Shown in pieces: positions 17,200 through 26,853 of a stretch of 64,000 bases of DNA. The notes beneath the pieces were generated by a model, which made no database searches, was not told the DNA's origin, and saw nothing but the letters and a program-made list of their open reading frames with translations. Position 1 is the first letter of the stretch, and the number at the start of each line of letters is the position of its first letter. The DNA is from a plasmid: sequence record NZ_LR134454.1; one strand, written 5' to 3'. The translations under genes and the position numbers were made by a program.

Positions 17200-19266
17200 A
17201 TGACCGAATCGATCATCGCGCCCGAGCTGGTCGCGCTCGACGTCTCGGCCGGCACCGACAAGTCCGAGGTGATCGCCTACCTCGCCGGCCGCATCACCGA
17301 CGCCGGCCGTTCCTCCTCCGTCGACGGGCTCGTCGAGGCGGCGCTCGCCCGCGAGGCCCAGTCGGCCACCGGCCTCCCGGGCGGCATCGCGATCCCGCAC
17401 TGCCGCGCCGCGGCCGTCACCGCCGCGAGCCTCGGCTTCGCGCGACTCGACCCGAAGGTCGACTTCGGCGCCCCCGACGGCGGTGCGGACCTCGTCTTCC
17501 TCATCGCCGCACCGGAATCCGGCGGCTCGCAGCACATGAAGCTGCTCAGCGCGCTGGCCCGTGCGCTGGTGCGACCCGAGTTCACCGCCGCGCTCCGCGC
17601 CGCCGCCACGCCGGAGGAGGTGGTCGCCCTCGTCGAGGAGGTCATCGCCCCGAAGCCGGCGGAACCCAAGCCCGCCGCTCCCGCCGCCGCTCCCGCCGCC
17701 GCTGCGGCTGCCGCCCCGGCCCCGGCCGCGGAGCCGGCACCGTCGGGCAAGCCCTCGCTGGTGGCGATCACGGCGTGCCCCACGGGGATCGCGCACACCT
17801 ACATGGCCGCCGATGCCCTGAAGCTGGCCGCCGAGCGCGCGGGCGTCGAGCTGACCGTCGAGACGCAGGGCTCCTCCGGCTCCACGCCGCTGTCGGCGCA
17901 GACCATCGCCGACGCGGGCGCCGTCCTCTTCGCCACCGACGTGGGCGTCAAGGGCCGCGAGCGCTTCGCCGGCAAGCCCGTGATCACGTCGGGCGTCAAG
18001 CGCGGCATCAACGAGCCGGACGCGATGATCGCCGAGGCCGTCGCGGCGGCGAGCGACCCGCACGCCGCCACCGTCGACGGGGACGCCGCCGCGAGCGCCG
18101 AATCCGCACCCGCACAGCAGGGGCTGGGCGGTCAGCTCAAGCGCGCGCTGCTCACCGGCGTCAGCTACATGATCCCGTTCGTCGCGGCGGGCGGCCTGCT
18201 CATCGCGCTCGGTTTCCTTTTGGGCGGGTACGAGATCGGGAACAGCACGGTGTCCGAGGGCACGTCCGACGGTGCCTACTTCGCGCTGCACAACTCGCTC
18301 TGGAACCTGCCTCCGGGCGGGCTACTGCAGTACCTCGGCTCGGTCAGCTTCGCGACGGGCCAGGCGGCGATGAGCCTCATGGTCGCGGTGCTCGCGGGCT
18401 ACATCGCCTACGCCATCGCCGACCGGCCCGGGCTTGCACCGGGATTCGTCGCCGGCGTGCTCGCGGTGACGGTCAACGCCGGCTTCATCGGCGGCGTCGT
18501 CGGCGGCCTGCTCGCGGGCGTCGTCGCGCTGTGGATCGGCAAGCTGCAGCTGCCGCAGTGGGCCCGCGGCCTCATGCCGGTGGTGATCATCCCGCTGTTC
18601 GCCACGCTCATCACGGGTGGCCTGATGTACATGGTCCTCGCCGGGCCGCTGCGCTGGGTGAACGAGTCGATGACCGACGCCCTCAACGGGATGAGCGGCA
18701 GCAGCAAGATCGCGCTCGGCGTGGTCCTCGGCCTCATGATGTGCTTCGACCTGGGCGGGCCGGTGAACAAGGCCGCGTACGCCTTCGGCGTCGCCGGGAT
18801 CGGGCTCAGCACCGCCGGCGTGCCGCAGTGGGAGATGATGGCCGCCGTCATGGCCGCGGGCATGGTGCCGCCCCTGGCGCTCGCCCTCGCCTCCACCGTC
18901 CTGCGCCCGGGCCTGTTCACCGAACCCGAGCGGGAGAACGGCAAGGCGGCCTGGTTCCTCGGTGCGTCGTTCATCTCCGAGGGCGCCATCCCGTTCGCCG
19001 CGGCCGACCCGCTGCGGGTGATCCCGTCGATGATGCTCGGCGGCGCCGTCACGGGCGGCCTGTCCATGGCGCTCGGTGCTCAGTTGCGCGCCCCGCACGG
19101 CGGCGTCTTCGTGCTGTTCGCCATGAACGGCACCTGGTGGAAGTTCCTCATCGCCCTCGCCGCCGGCGTCGTGGTGAGCGCGGTGGCGGTCGTCGCGGCC
19201 AAGTCCGTCGGCCGCCAGGACGCTTCCGCCGCCGAATCCGCCCAGCCCGCGGCCGTCGCCGCGTAA
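17200..19266 (+). CDS. ptsF: PTS fructose-specific EIIABC component
   Basis: 688 aa. It has the IIA His region (GIAIPHCR), an Ala/Pro linker, the IIB Cys (ITACPTGIAHTYMA) and a multi-TM IIC. The start was taken at the internal ATG of a longer ORF. Confidence 0.8.
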   Translation: MTESIIAPELVALDVSAGTDKSEVIAYLAGRITDAGRSSSVDGLVEAALAREAQSATGLPGGIAIPHCRAAAVTAASLGFARLDPKVDFGAPDGGADLVFLIAAPESGGSQHMKLLSALARALVRPEFTAALRAAATPEEVVALVEEVIAPKPAEPKPAAPAAAPAAAAAAAPAPAAEPAPSGKPSLVAITACPTGIAHTYMAADALKLAAERAGVELTVETQGSSGSTPLSAQTIADAGAVLFATDVGVKGRERFAGKPVITSGVKRGINEPDAMIAEAVAAASDPHAATVDGDAAASAESAPAQQGLGGQLKRALLTGVSYMIPFVAAGGLLIALGFLLGGYEIGNSTVSEGTSDGAYFALHNSLWNLPPGGLLQYLGSVSFATGQAAMSLMVAVLAGYIAYAIADRPGLAPGFVAGVLAVTVNAGFIGGVVGGLLAGVVALWIGKLQLPQWARGLMPVVIIPLFATLITGGLMYMVLAGPLRWVNESMTDALNGMSGSSKIALGVVLGLMMCFDLGGPVNKAAYAFGVAGIGLSTAGVPQWEMMAAVMAAGMVPPLALALASTVLRPGLFTEPERENGKAAWFLGASFISEGAIPFAAADPLRVIPSMMLGGAVTGGLSMALGAQLRAPHGGVFVLFAMNGTWWKFLIALAAGVVVSAVAVVAAKSVGRQDASAAESAQPAAVAA

Positions 19267-19333
19267 TACTGGTCCTGACCACTCGCGCGGCCGACCGGCG
19301 GCGCGCAGACGAACACACCCCACGAGGAGAGAC

Positions 19334-19591
19334 ATGCCCAGCACCACCGTCGCCGTCGGATCGGCCGTCGGCCTGCACGCCCGCCCCGCCGCCGTGATCG
19401 CGAACGCCGTCAACGAGTCGGGTCACGAGGTCACTCTGTCCGTCGCCGGCGGCGAGCCCGTGGACGCCGGCTCGGCGCTGATGATCATGACCCTCGGCGC
19501 CGAGCAGGGCGTGGAGGTCACCGTCGAATCCGCCGATCAGGGCACCGTCGACGCGATCGCGGCCCTCGTCGCGCAAGACCTTGATGCCTGA
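19334..19591 (+). CDS. ptsH: Phosphocarrier protein HPr
   Basis: 85 aa with the active His-15 context GLHARPA. RBS GAGGAGAG. Confidence 0.85.
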   Translation: MPSTTVAVGSAVGLHARPAAVIANAVNESGHEVTLSVAGGEPVDAGSALMIMTLGAEQGVEVTVESADQGTVDAIAALVAQDLDA

Positions 19592-19625
19592 GCAGCTCGA
19601 CGCCTGAGAGGTACCAGGCGCACGA

Positions 19626-19664
19626 AGGAGGGCGGCCGGAATCCCCGGCCGCCCTCCTTTTGTG
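19626..19664. terminator. Intrinsic terminator: a 14-bp GC stem (AGGAGGGCGGCCGG / CCGGCCGCCCTCCT) followed by a TTTT-G-T-G-TT tract
   Basis: Lies 35 bp after the ptsH stop. It also closes the convergent gene on the other strand. Confidence 0.6.
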
Positions 19665-19671
19665 TTCCGGT

Positions 19672-20289
19672 CTAGGTGACCGGCGCGATGCAGTAGCTCA
19701 CGCGCTGCGGCGCGGCGTAGTTCAGCGCCGACGAGCCGCGGCAGGTCAGCGGGGCGCCCGCCGCGCGCTGGATCACCCGGATCACGTTCGACGGTGCGCT
19801 GCCCGTCGCGGACGGGCAATCGACCGGGCGGATGTCCGTGGTCGCCGCCGTATCGGGCTTGACCTGGTAGCAGTTGCCCAGCGTGAGCTTGGGAACGACG
19901 CACAGGACCGAGCCCGCGGACTCGACGCGGGCGTAGCTCGGCTGGCTGCACGCGGTCTTGGCGGCGGCCTTCTCGGCGACGGCGAAGCTGAAGCCGTCGC
20001 CGTCGCACCCGGTGCGGGTGGCGTTGCCGCCCGAGACGGTGACGCAGTCGCCGACCTCGACGGAGCTCACCGGCGCGACCTCGGGACTCGACGGCTTGAC
20101 GCCGAGGAGCAGCACCGCGGCGCCCATCACGAGCGCGGCGATGAGGCCGGAGTAGATCACGGAGCTGACCACCTTCCACGTGGTGGTCGGCCGCACCTCG
20201 TCGAGCCGCCGGCCCACCGGGGTCGCCTCGAGGCGACGCCGGAGCGCGGCGAGACGCGGCTGCGCGGGGTGGAGGAAGGACGTCGACAT
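19672..20289 (-). CDS. Hypothetical single-pass membrane protein with a Cys-rich (8 Cys) extracytoplasmic domain
   Basis: 205 aa. There is a TM helix (VVSSVIYSGLIAALVMGAAVLLL) after a basic N-terminus. No family was recognised from memory. Confidence 0.5.
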   Translation of the reverse strand: MSTSFLHPAQPRLAALRRRLEATPVGRRLDEVRPTTTWKVVSSVIYSGLIAALVMGAAVLLLGVKPSSPEVAPVSSVEVGDCVTVSGGNATRTGCDGDGFSFAVAEKAAAKTACSQPSYARVESAGSVLCVVPKLTLGNCYQVKPDTAATTDIRPVDCPSATGSAPSNVIRVIQRAAGAPLTCRGSSALNYAAPQRVSYCIAPVT

Positions 20290-20290
20290 A

Positions 20291-20335
20291 GTCTCAATCT
20301 TAACTTGAGACTCACTAGGTAACACAAGTCTCAGT
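20291..20335. promoter_or_regulatory. Inverted repeat GTCTCAA-N7-TTGAGAC plus a third half-site AAGTCTCAG in a divergent promoter (candidate MarR operator)
   Basis: An AT-rich 110-bp intergenic region lies between the membrane-protein gene and the 2-hydroxyacid DH–MarR operon. Confidence 0.35.
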
Positions 20336-20399
20336 TTTCACAGATCGAATCGGCGCGGCTGGGCCACGGCGCCGACGCGGGCTCATTAGGCTTTGCGAC

Positions 20400-21320
20400 A
20401 TGTCATTCGACGACGCGCCCGTCATCGCCGTGGGGCCGAAGCCCGATCCCGATTTCGACGCCGCGATCACCGCGGGCGGCGGCGAACCCGGCCCGCTGGC
20501 CCGGGCCGACGGCCTGGTCTGGACCGATTCCCGCGCGACCCTGCCCGCGCTGCCCCCGAGCGTGCGCTGGGTGCAGCTGCCCTTCGCCGGCGTCGAGGGC
20601 TTCCTCGACAGCGGCGTCATCGCGGACAACCCGAAGGTCGTCTTCACCTCCGCCGCCGGCGCCTACTCCGGCACCGTCGCCGAACAGGCCATCGCGCTGC
20701 TCCTCGCCGGCGTGCGCGGCCTCTGGCGGCGCGAGACCTCCTGGGACGCCGCGGGCGCCGCCGCCCGCACGGGCCGCCTCGGCGGCACGACGGTGGCGAT
20801 CGTCGGCGCGGGCGGCATCGGCCGCGACCTCATCCCCGCGCTGCGCGGCCTCGGCGTCAAGGTGGTCGCCGTGAACCGCTCGGGCACCGACGTCTCCGAC
20901 GCCGTCGTGGTGACCGCCGACCGCCTCGACGAGGTGTGGCCCGCCGTCGACCACGTGATCCTGGCGGCCCCGTCGACCGCGGAGACCCGCGCCCTGGTGA
21001 ACGCGAAGGTCCTCGCGCAGCTCAAGCCGCACTCCTGGATCATCAACGTCGCGCGCGGCTCGCTCATCGACACGGACGCGCTGGTCGCGGCGCTGAAGAA
21101 GGGGACGATCGGCGGTGTCGGCCTCGACGTGACCGACCCCGAGCCGCTGCCCGACGGCCACCCGCTGTGGTCGATTCCCAACGCGATCATCACCCCGCAC
21201 GTCGCGAACCCACCGCAGCACCTGCGCCCCGCGCTGCTCGCCCGCGTCGAGGTCAACGTCCGCCGCTTCGCCAACGACATGGAGCCGCTCGCCGTCATCG
21301 ACGCCGACCGGGGCTACTGA
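20400..21320 (+). CDS. D-isomer-specific 2-hydroxyacid dehydrogenase family NAD-binding oxidoreductase
   Basis: 306 aa with a Rossmann GAGGIGRD motif and the 2-Hacid_dh_C catalytic region. Confidence 0.8.
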   Translation: MSFDDAPVIAVGPKPDPDFDAAITAGGGEPGPLARADGLVWTDSRATLPALPPSVRWVQLPFAGVEGFLDSGVIADNPKVVFTSAAGAYSGTVAEQAIALLLAGVRGLWRRETSWDAAGAAARTGRLGGTTVAIVGAGGIGRDLIPALRGLGVKVVAVNRSGTDVSDAVVVTADRLDEVWPAVDHVILAAPSTAETRALVNAKVLAQLKPHSWIINVARGSLIDTDALVAALKKGTIGGVGLDVTDPEPLPDGHPLWSIPNAIITPHVANPPQHLRPALLARVEVNVRRFANDMEPLAVIDADRGY

Positions 21321-21784
21321 TGTCCGACGGCCCGGCGGCGCCCCACGACGAGGTCGACCTCATCGTCCGGGGCATCGTCGGGCTGGCCAAGCGGATCCGC
21401 AGCGACGCGCGGTTCGTGGGCGCGGAGGTCTCCTACGTCGACTTCACGCTGCTGTTCGTCCTGCACGAGTCCCCGGGCATCCGCGCCGTCGACCTCGCGG
21501 AGGCCGTCTCCATCGACAAGTCCACCGCCAGCCGGCAGCTCGCGGGTCTGGAACGACGGGGCCTCATCACCCGCGACGTGGACCCGGGCAACCCCCGCTC
21601 CCGGCAGCTGCGGCTGACCGAGAAGGCCGAGCGCGTGCTGGCCGAGACGGACCGCGAATGGCGCCGCCGGATCGAGGCCCGGACGGCCGATTGGTCGCCC
21701 GAGGAACTGCGCACGTTCGCCACGCTGATCGACCGCTACATGAGCGTCGATCTGCCCGGCGAGGAGCGCCCGGCAGGCCTCTGA
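21320..21784 (+). CDS. MarR family transcriptional regulator
   Basis: 154 aa. Its ATG overlaps the upstream TGA. The wHTH is present (AVDLAEAVSIDKSTASRQLAGLERRGLITR). Confidence 0.75.
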   Translation: MSDGPAAPHDEVDLIVRGIVGLAKRIRSDARFVGAEVSYVDFTLLFVLHESPGIRAVDLAEAVSIDKSTASRQLAGLERRGLITRDVDPGNPRSRQLRLTEKAERVLAETDREWRRRIEARTADWSPEELRTFATLIDRYMSVDLPGEERPAGL

Positions 21785-22098
21785 TCTCGGGCGGAATCCC
21801 GTGGAGTGATGCGGCTCACGAGGCTACCGAGCGGTAAGTTATGCCGTGCTATGGTCAGCCCACTGTTCTGTGCATCAGGCGACCAGCGTGCCCTCGCGAT
21901 GCCCGGCGACCCCGGGCCTTCCGCGTAAATTCGCCTCCGTTCACACCGCGGCGGGGTCGTACACGCATGGAGTCTCCTCGGTGCCGGAACTTCCGGGCGT
22001 GCACCCGCGCGGCCCGGTAGGGACGACAGGAACGAATCAATGAACGTCGGTGGACCGACCATGACCCCGTCCGCGGGTCGGCAGTGGGAGTGCTGCGC

Positions 22099-23625
22099 AT
22101 GATCATCGGAGCTTTGAAAGAGGCGCAGCCGGGCGAGACCCGCGTCGCCGCAACCCCCGCCACGGTGGCCCAGCTGATCAAGCTGGGCTACGAGGTGGTC
22201 GTGGACTCGGGCGCCGGTGCGGCGTCCTCGTTCGCGGACGAGGCCTACGTGGAGGCAGGCGCGTCGATCGGTGACGCTCGCGCCGCCGACATCGTGCTGG
22301 GCGTCAACGCCCCGTCGAGCGCGCAGCTCGACGGCATGCGGCCGGGCACGACCATCGCCGGTCTCCTGGCGCCCGCGCAGAACCCCGAGCTGCTCGAGGA
22401 CCTCCGCGGCCGCGAGCTGACCGCGTTCGCCATGGAGTCGGTGCCGCGCATCTCGCGCGCCCAGTCGATGGACGTGCTGTCCTCGATGGCGAACATCGCC
22501 GGCTACCGCGCCGTCGTCGAGGCCGCGCACGTCTTCGGCCGGTTCTTCACCGGCCAGGTCACGGCCGCCGGCAAGGTCCCGCCGGCCAAGGTGCTCGTGG
22601 TGGGCGCCGGCGTCGCCGGACTCGCCGCGATCGGTGCCGCCGGCTCGCTCGGCGCCATCGTGCGCGCCACCGACCCCCGCCCCGAGGTGGCCGACCAGGT
22701 CGCGTCGCTCGGCGGCGAGTACCTCTCCGTGCAGAACGAGGAGGCCGAGGTCTCGGCCACCGGCTACGCCAAGGAGATGGGCGACGACTACAAGGCCCGC
22801 GAGGCGCAGCTGTACGCCGAGCAGTGCAAGGACGTCGACATCATCATCACCACGGCTCTGATCCCCGGGCGCCCCGCGCCGCGGATCATCACCGAGGAGA
22901 TGGTCGCGTCGATGAAGCCCGGCAGCGTCATCGTCGACATGGCGGCGTCCAACGGCGGCAACGTCGGCGGCACCGTCAAGGACCAGGCGATCGTCACGCC
23001 CAACGGCGTCACCATCATCGGCTACACCGACCTCGCCGGGCGTCTGCCCGCGCAGGCCTCGCAGCTGTACGGCACGAACCTCGTCAACCTGCTCAAGCTG
23101 GTGACCCCCGAGAAGGACGGGCAGCTCGTGCTCGACTTCGAGGACCCGGTCCAGCGGTCGATCACCGTGACCCGCGCGGGCGAGCTGCTGTTCCCGCCGC
23201 CGCCGGTGCAGGTCTCGGCCGCGCCGAAGGCCGCGCCCGCCGCCGAGGTCGAGGCCGCGCCCGTCAAGGAGCCGATGTCGGCGTCCAAGAAGGTCTCGCT
23301 CACCCTGGTGGGCGTCGTCCTCTTCGGCCTGCTGATCAGCTTCTCGCCGAACCCGCTGCCGCAGCACTTCACCGTGCTCATGCTGGCGATCGTCATCGGC
23401 TACTACGTCATCGGCAACGTGGCGCACGCGCTGCACACGCCGCTGATGTCGGTCACCAACGCCATTTCCGGCGTCGTCGTGGTGGGCGCTCTCCTGCAGA
23501 TCGCCACCAACACCACGACCGTCCTGGTGCTGTCGACGATCGCGATCCTGGTCGCGTCGATCAACATCTTCGGTGGCTTCGCGGTCACCCGCCGCATGCT
23601 CGCCATGTTCAGCAAGGGGGCATGA
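22099..23625 (+). CDS. pntA: NAD(P) transhydrogenase alpha subunit (dI plus a C-terminal membrane dII-alpha segment)
   Basis: The N-terminus reads MIIGALKE, followed by an alanine-dehydrogenase-like NAD domain. A C-terminal TM bundle is present. A 315-bp untranslated leader lies upstream. Confidence 0.8.
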   Translation: MIIGALKEAQPGETRVAATPATVAQLIKLGYEVVVDSGAGAASSFADEAYVEAGASIGDARAADIVLGVNAPSSAQLDGMRPGTTIAGLLAPAQNPELLEDLRGRELTAFAMESVPRISRAQSMDVLSSMANIAGYRAVVEAAHVFGRFFTGQVTAAGKVPPAKVLVVGAGVAGLAAIGAAGSLGAIVRATDPRPEVADQVASLGGEYLSVQNEEAEVSATGYAKEMGDDYKAREAQLYAEQCKDVDIIITTALIPGRPAPRIITEEMVASMKPGSVIVDMAASNGGNVGGTVKDQAIVTPNGVTIIGYTDLAGRLPAQASQLYGTNLVNLLKLVTPEKDGQLVLDFEDPVQRSITVTRAGELLFPPPPVQVSAAPKAAPAAEVEAAPVKEPMSASKKVSLTLVGVVLFGLLISFSPNPLPQHFTVLMLAIVIGYYVIGNVAHALHTPLMSVTNAISGVVVVGALLQIATNTTTVLVLSTIAILVASINIFGGFAVTRRMLAMFSKGA

Positions 23626-23632
23626 GTAACCC

Positions 23633-25081
23633 ATGAGTATCACTGCAATCTCCGTTGCGGCGTACATCGTCGCCTCGCTGCTGTTCATCCTCTCGCTGGC
23701 CGGGCTGTCCAAGCACGAGACCTCCAAGAGCGGCCTGACCTACGGCATCGTCGGCATGGGCATCGCCCTGGTGGCGACCATCGCGCTGGTCATCGACAAG
23801 GTCCTCAAGCCCGAGCTGGACCTGACCTGGCTGCCCGTCCTGCTCATGGCCGGCGCCATCGTCATCGGCGCGCTCATCGGCTTCTGGCGCGCGCGCATCG
23901 TCGAGATGACCGGCATGCCCGAGCTGATCGCCCTGCTCCACTCCTTCGTGGGCCTGGCGGCCGTGCTCATCGGCTGGAACGGCGCGCTCGAGGGCTTCCA
24001 CGCCGACGGCGTGAACCCGGCCGACGTCCGCGCGCTCACCAACATTCACGAGGCCGAGATCGCGATCGGCATCTTCATCGGTGCGGTCACCCTGACCGGC
24101 TCGATCGTCGCCAACCGCAAGCTCTCCGGCAAGATGAAGTCGGCGCCGCTCATGCTGCCCGGCAAGAACTACATCAACGTCGGCTCGATCGTCGTCTTCA
24201 TCGTGCTCACCGCGGTCTACGTCTCGCGGGACACGCACGGCGACAACACCTCGATGATCCTGCTGGGCGTCATCACCGCGCTCGCCCTGTTCCTGGGCTG
24301 GCACCTGGTCGCGTCCATCGGCGGCGGCGACATGCCCGTCGTCATCTCGATGCTCAACAGCTACTCCGGTTGGGCCGCGGCCGCGTCGGGCTTCCTGCTG
24401 AGCAACGACCTGCTCATCGTCACCGGTGCGCTCGTCGGCTCCTCGGGTGCGTACCTGAGCTACATCATGTGCAAGGCGATGAACCGCTCGTTCATCTCCG
24501 TCATCGCGGGTGGTTTCGGCATCGAGGCCGGCCCGGCCGACGACAAGGACTACGGCGAGCACCGCGAGGTCAACGCCGAGCAGGTCGCCGAGCTCCTCAC
24601 CGGCGCCAAGTCCGTGGTCATCACCCCGGGCTACGGCATGGCCGTGGCGCAGGCCCAGTACGGCGTCGCCGAGCTGACCAGCGAGCTGCGCAAGAAGGGC
24701 GTCGAGGTCCGCTTCGGCATCCACCCCGTTGCCGGCCGCCTGCCCGGGCACATGAACGTGCTCCTCGCCGAGGCGAAGGTGCCGTACGACATCGTGCTCG
24801 AGATGGACGAGATCAACGACGACTTCCCCGAGACCGACGTGGTCCTGGTGATCGGTGCCAACGACACCGTCAACCCGGCCGCGTCCGAGGACCCGAGCAG
24901 CCCCATTGCGGGCATGCCGGTGCTCACGGTGTGGGAGGCCGAGAACGTGATCGTGTTCAAGCGGTCGATGGCCGCCGGCTACGCCGGCGTGCAGAACCCG
25001 CTGTTCTTCCGTGACAACTCGGCGATGCTCTTCGGCGACGCCAAGGACCGCGTGCAGGACATCCTCTCCGCGATGCGCTGA
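23633..25081 (+). CDS. pntB: NAD(P) transhydrogenase beta subunit
   Basis: 482 aa with an N-terminal multi-TM region and a C-terminal NADP(H) dIII domain ([10 protein letters not shown]…). Confidence 0.85.
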   Translation: MSITAISVAAYIVASLLFILSLAGLSKHETSKSGLTYGIVGMGIALVATIALVIDKVLKPELDLTWLPVLLMAGAIVIGALIGFWRARIVEMTGMPELIALLHSFVGLAAVLIGWNGALEGFHADGVNPADVRALTNIHEAEIAIGIFIGAVTLTGSIVANRKLSGKMKSAPLMLPGKNYINVGSIVVFIVLTAVYVSRDTHGDNTSMILLGVITALALFLGWHLVASIGGGDMPVVISMLNSYSGWAAAASGFLLSNDLLIVTGALVGSSGAYLSYIMCKAMNRSFISVIAGGFGIEAGPADDKDYGEHREVNAEQVAELLTGAKSVVITPGYGMAVAQAQYGVAELTSELRKKGVEVRFGIHPVAGRLPGHMNVLLAEAKVPYDIVLEMDEINDDFPETDVVLVIGANDTVNPAASEDPSSPIAGMPVLTVWEAENVIVFKRSMAAGYAGVQNPLFFRDNSAMLFGDAKDRVQDILSAMR

Positions 25082-25092
25082 CGCGAACAGCA

Positions 25093-25132
25093 CTCGGGCC
25101 CGGCACCGTCGAACGACGGTGCCGGGCCCGAG
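25093..25132. terminator. Perfect 19-bp stem, 2-nt loop hairpin between convergent pntB and the NmrA-like gene
   Basis: CTCGGGCCCGGCACCGTCG-AA-CGACGGTGCCGGGCCCGAG. Confidence 0.55.
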
Positions 25133-25138
25133 TCGTCT

Positions 25139-25789
25139 CTACGTCCAGGCCTCCTCGATGCGGACGTCGCCGTCGGTGAACGGCAGGTCCTTCCCCACGG
25201 TGTCCGGCCGGTCGAGCACCGAAGCGGCCACCAGCGCGACGTTCGCGCGCGACGTGCCGGGGTTGTCCGCGGCCCGCACGGCCACGGGATCCACCCGCCC
25301 CGTGGGCTCGTCGAGAGTGAGGCGGCCCGGCATGAGCACGGTCCAGTCCAGATCGGAGGCGCGCACCGCGACGTCGGCGGCGGCCTTCGCCTCCGCGTAG
25401 GGGAAGAAGGCGTCCGTCTCCGGGACGCCGTGGTCGGGGGCGGCGCCGAGGTACGAGACCATGACGTAGCGCTTCACCCCGGCCGCCTCCGCGGCCTGCA
25501 CGGAACGGATCGCCGCGTCGCGGTCCACGGCGTAGGTGCGGTCGGGGTTCCCGCCGCCCGCGCCCGCGGAGAAGACCACCGCGTCGGCGCCCGCGAGCGC
25601 GGCCGCGATCTCCTCGCGCGACGCGTGCTCGACGTCCAGGACCAGGGGTTTCGCCCCGGTCGCGGCGACGTCCGCCGCGTGCTCCGGGTTCCGTATCCAC
25701 GAGGTGACCGCGTCGCCCCGGGAGCTGAGGACGCGCGCCAGGATGAGCGCGATCTTGCCGTGTCCACCGATGATCGTGACAGCTGCCAT
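25139..25789 (-). CDS. NAD(P)H-binding NmrA/SDR-like oxidoreductase
   Basis: About 216 aa with the N-terminal Rossmann motif TIIGGHGKIA. Confidence 0.7.
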   Translation of the reverse strand: MAAVTIIGGHGKIALILARVLSSRGDAVTSWIRNPEHAADVAATGAKPLVLDVEHASREEIAAALAGADAVVFSAGAGGGNPDRTYAVDRDAAIRSVQAAEAAGVKRYVMVSYLGAAPDHGVPETDAFFPYAEAKAAADVAVRASDLDWTVLMPGRLTLDEPTGRVDPVAVRAADNPGTSRANVALVAASVLDRPDTVGKDLPFTDGDVRIEEAWT

Positions 25790-25814
25790 GCATTCCAACG
25801 TACGCGCTTGCTCC

Positions 25815-25855
25815 TGCGGTGGATTCTTGCCGCTCAGCGGGCACTATCCACCGCA
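25815..25855. repeat. 41-bp nested palindromic element, copy A (TGCGGTGGAT-N-CCGCTCAGCGGGC-N-ATCCACCGCA)
   Basis: The outer inverted repeat is 10 bp and perfect; the inner stem is also palindromic. It lies 22 bp 3' of the DUF559 stop. Confidence 0.6.
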
Positions 25856-25877
25856 CTGCTGCCGCCCGCGAGCGCGC

Positions 25878-26768
25878 TCACGCGGCGGCGGCGTTCACCG
25901 CGGTCAGGACATCCGTGATCACGGCCTCGCCGTCGCCGTCGAGGCGGTGCCACCCGAAGCGCAACACCCGCCACCCGGCGAGAGTCAACCGGTTCTGCTT
26001 CCCGGCGTCGTTCGCGGCGCGGTCGGCCGTGCGGTGAAAGGCCCATCCGTCGATCTCCACGGCGACCCGCTGCTCGGGGAAGGCGAAGTCGATCGCGTAG
26101 ACGCCGAACGGGAACTGCGCGCACCACCCGGTGACGTGATGCGACTCGAGGAGCGACTGGAATCGACGCTCGGCTTCCGACTCCGTATCGCCGGCGACGA
26201 CGTCGAGCAGGCGCCGCGCCTCAGCCATCCCATGCCGGCCGGCGTTGCGGGTCAGCGCGGCGGTGAGCCCGTCGATCGTGACGATCCCCTCCTGCAGCGC
26301 GCGGTCGAGGTGGGCGCTGTTCGTCGACGCCGCCTCCAGGGCGGTCAGCGGCGCCGTCGTCACGGTGAGACCGCGGACCACTTCCAGGTCTGCAGGGAGG
26401 AGATCGCGCCGGTGCAGTTCCAAGGAGTACGGCACGGTGGGCGACCGCTTGTTCTGGCGCGGGACTGTGACGGACACCGAGTCCGGCGGTGACTCCACGA
26501 TCCCGTGCCACCACGCCGCCGCCGGCCCGTCGACCGCGCCGTCCGTGGCTCCCACGGCGGCCCGCATTCTCGCCTCCGCGGTGAAGGTGTGCGTCGCCGA
26601 GAGATACACGCCGCTGCTGAGCTGGATCCACAGTTTGTCGCGGACGCGCCTCGCTACGGCGGATGAGCTCATCCCGAGCTTCAGCGCCGCGCCACGCGTG
26701 ATGACACCGTCGTGGTCCGCGAAATGCTCCGCGACCAGCCTCGCCACCGTCGATGTCCCCATATCCAT
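25878..26768 (-). CDS. DUF559 (Vsr-like endonuclease fold) domain protein
   Basis: About 296 aa. The C-terminal DUF559 region is present (FPFGVYAIDFAFPEQRVAVEIDGWAFH). The start was taken at the MDMGTS codon inside a longer ORF. Confidence 0.7.
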   Translation of the reverse strand: MDMGTSTVARLVAEHFADHDGVITRGAALKLGMSSSAVARRVRDKLWIQLSSGVYLSATHTFTAEARMRAAVGATDGAVDGPAAAWWHGIVESPPDSVSVTVPRQNKRSPTVPYSLELHRRDLLPADLEVVRGLTVTTAPLTALEAASTNSAHLDRALQEGIVTIDGLTAALTRNAGRHGMAEARRLLDVVAGDTESEAERRFQSLLESHHVTGWCAQFPFGVYAIDFAFPEQRVAVEIDGWAFHRTADRAANDAGKQNRLTLAGWRVLRFGWHRLDGDGEAVITDVLTAVNAAAA

Positions 26769-26809
26769 TGGACGCACCGGCTCCGGCGGCGGTTCCCCGT
26801 GCCCGCGGG

Positions 26810-26850
26810 TGCGGTGGATATTGCCCGCTGAGCGGTGAGAATCCACCGCA
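26810..26850. repeat. 41-bp nested palindromic element, copy B. It matches the reverse complement of copy A at 36/41 positions.
   Basis: It lies 41 bp 5' of the DUF559 start and 4 bp 3' of the lysE stop. Confidence 0.6.
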
Positions 26851-26853
26851 TAC

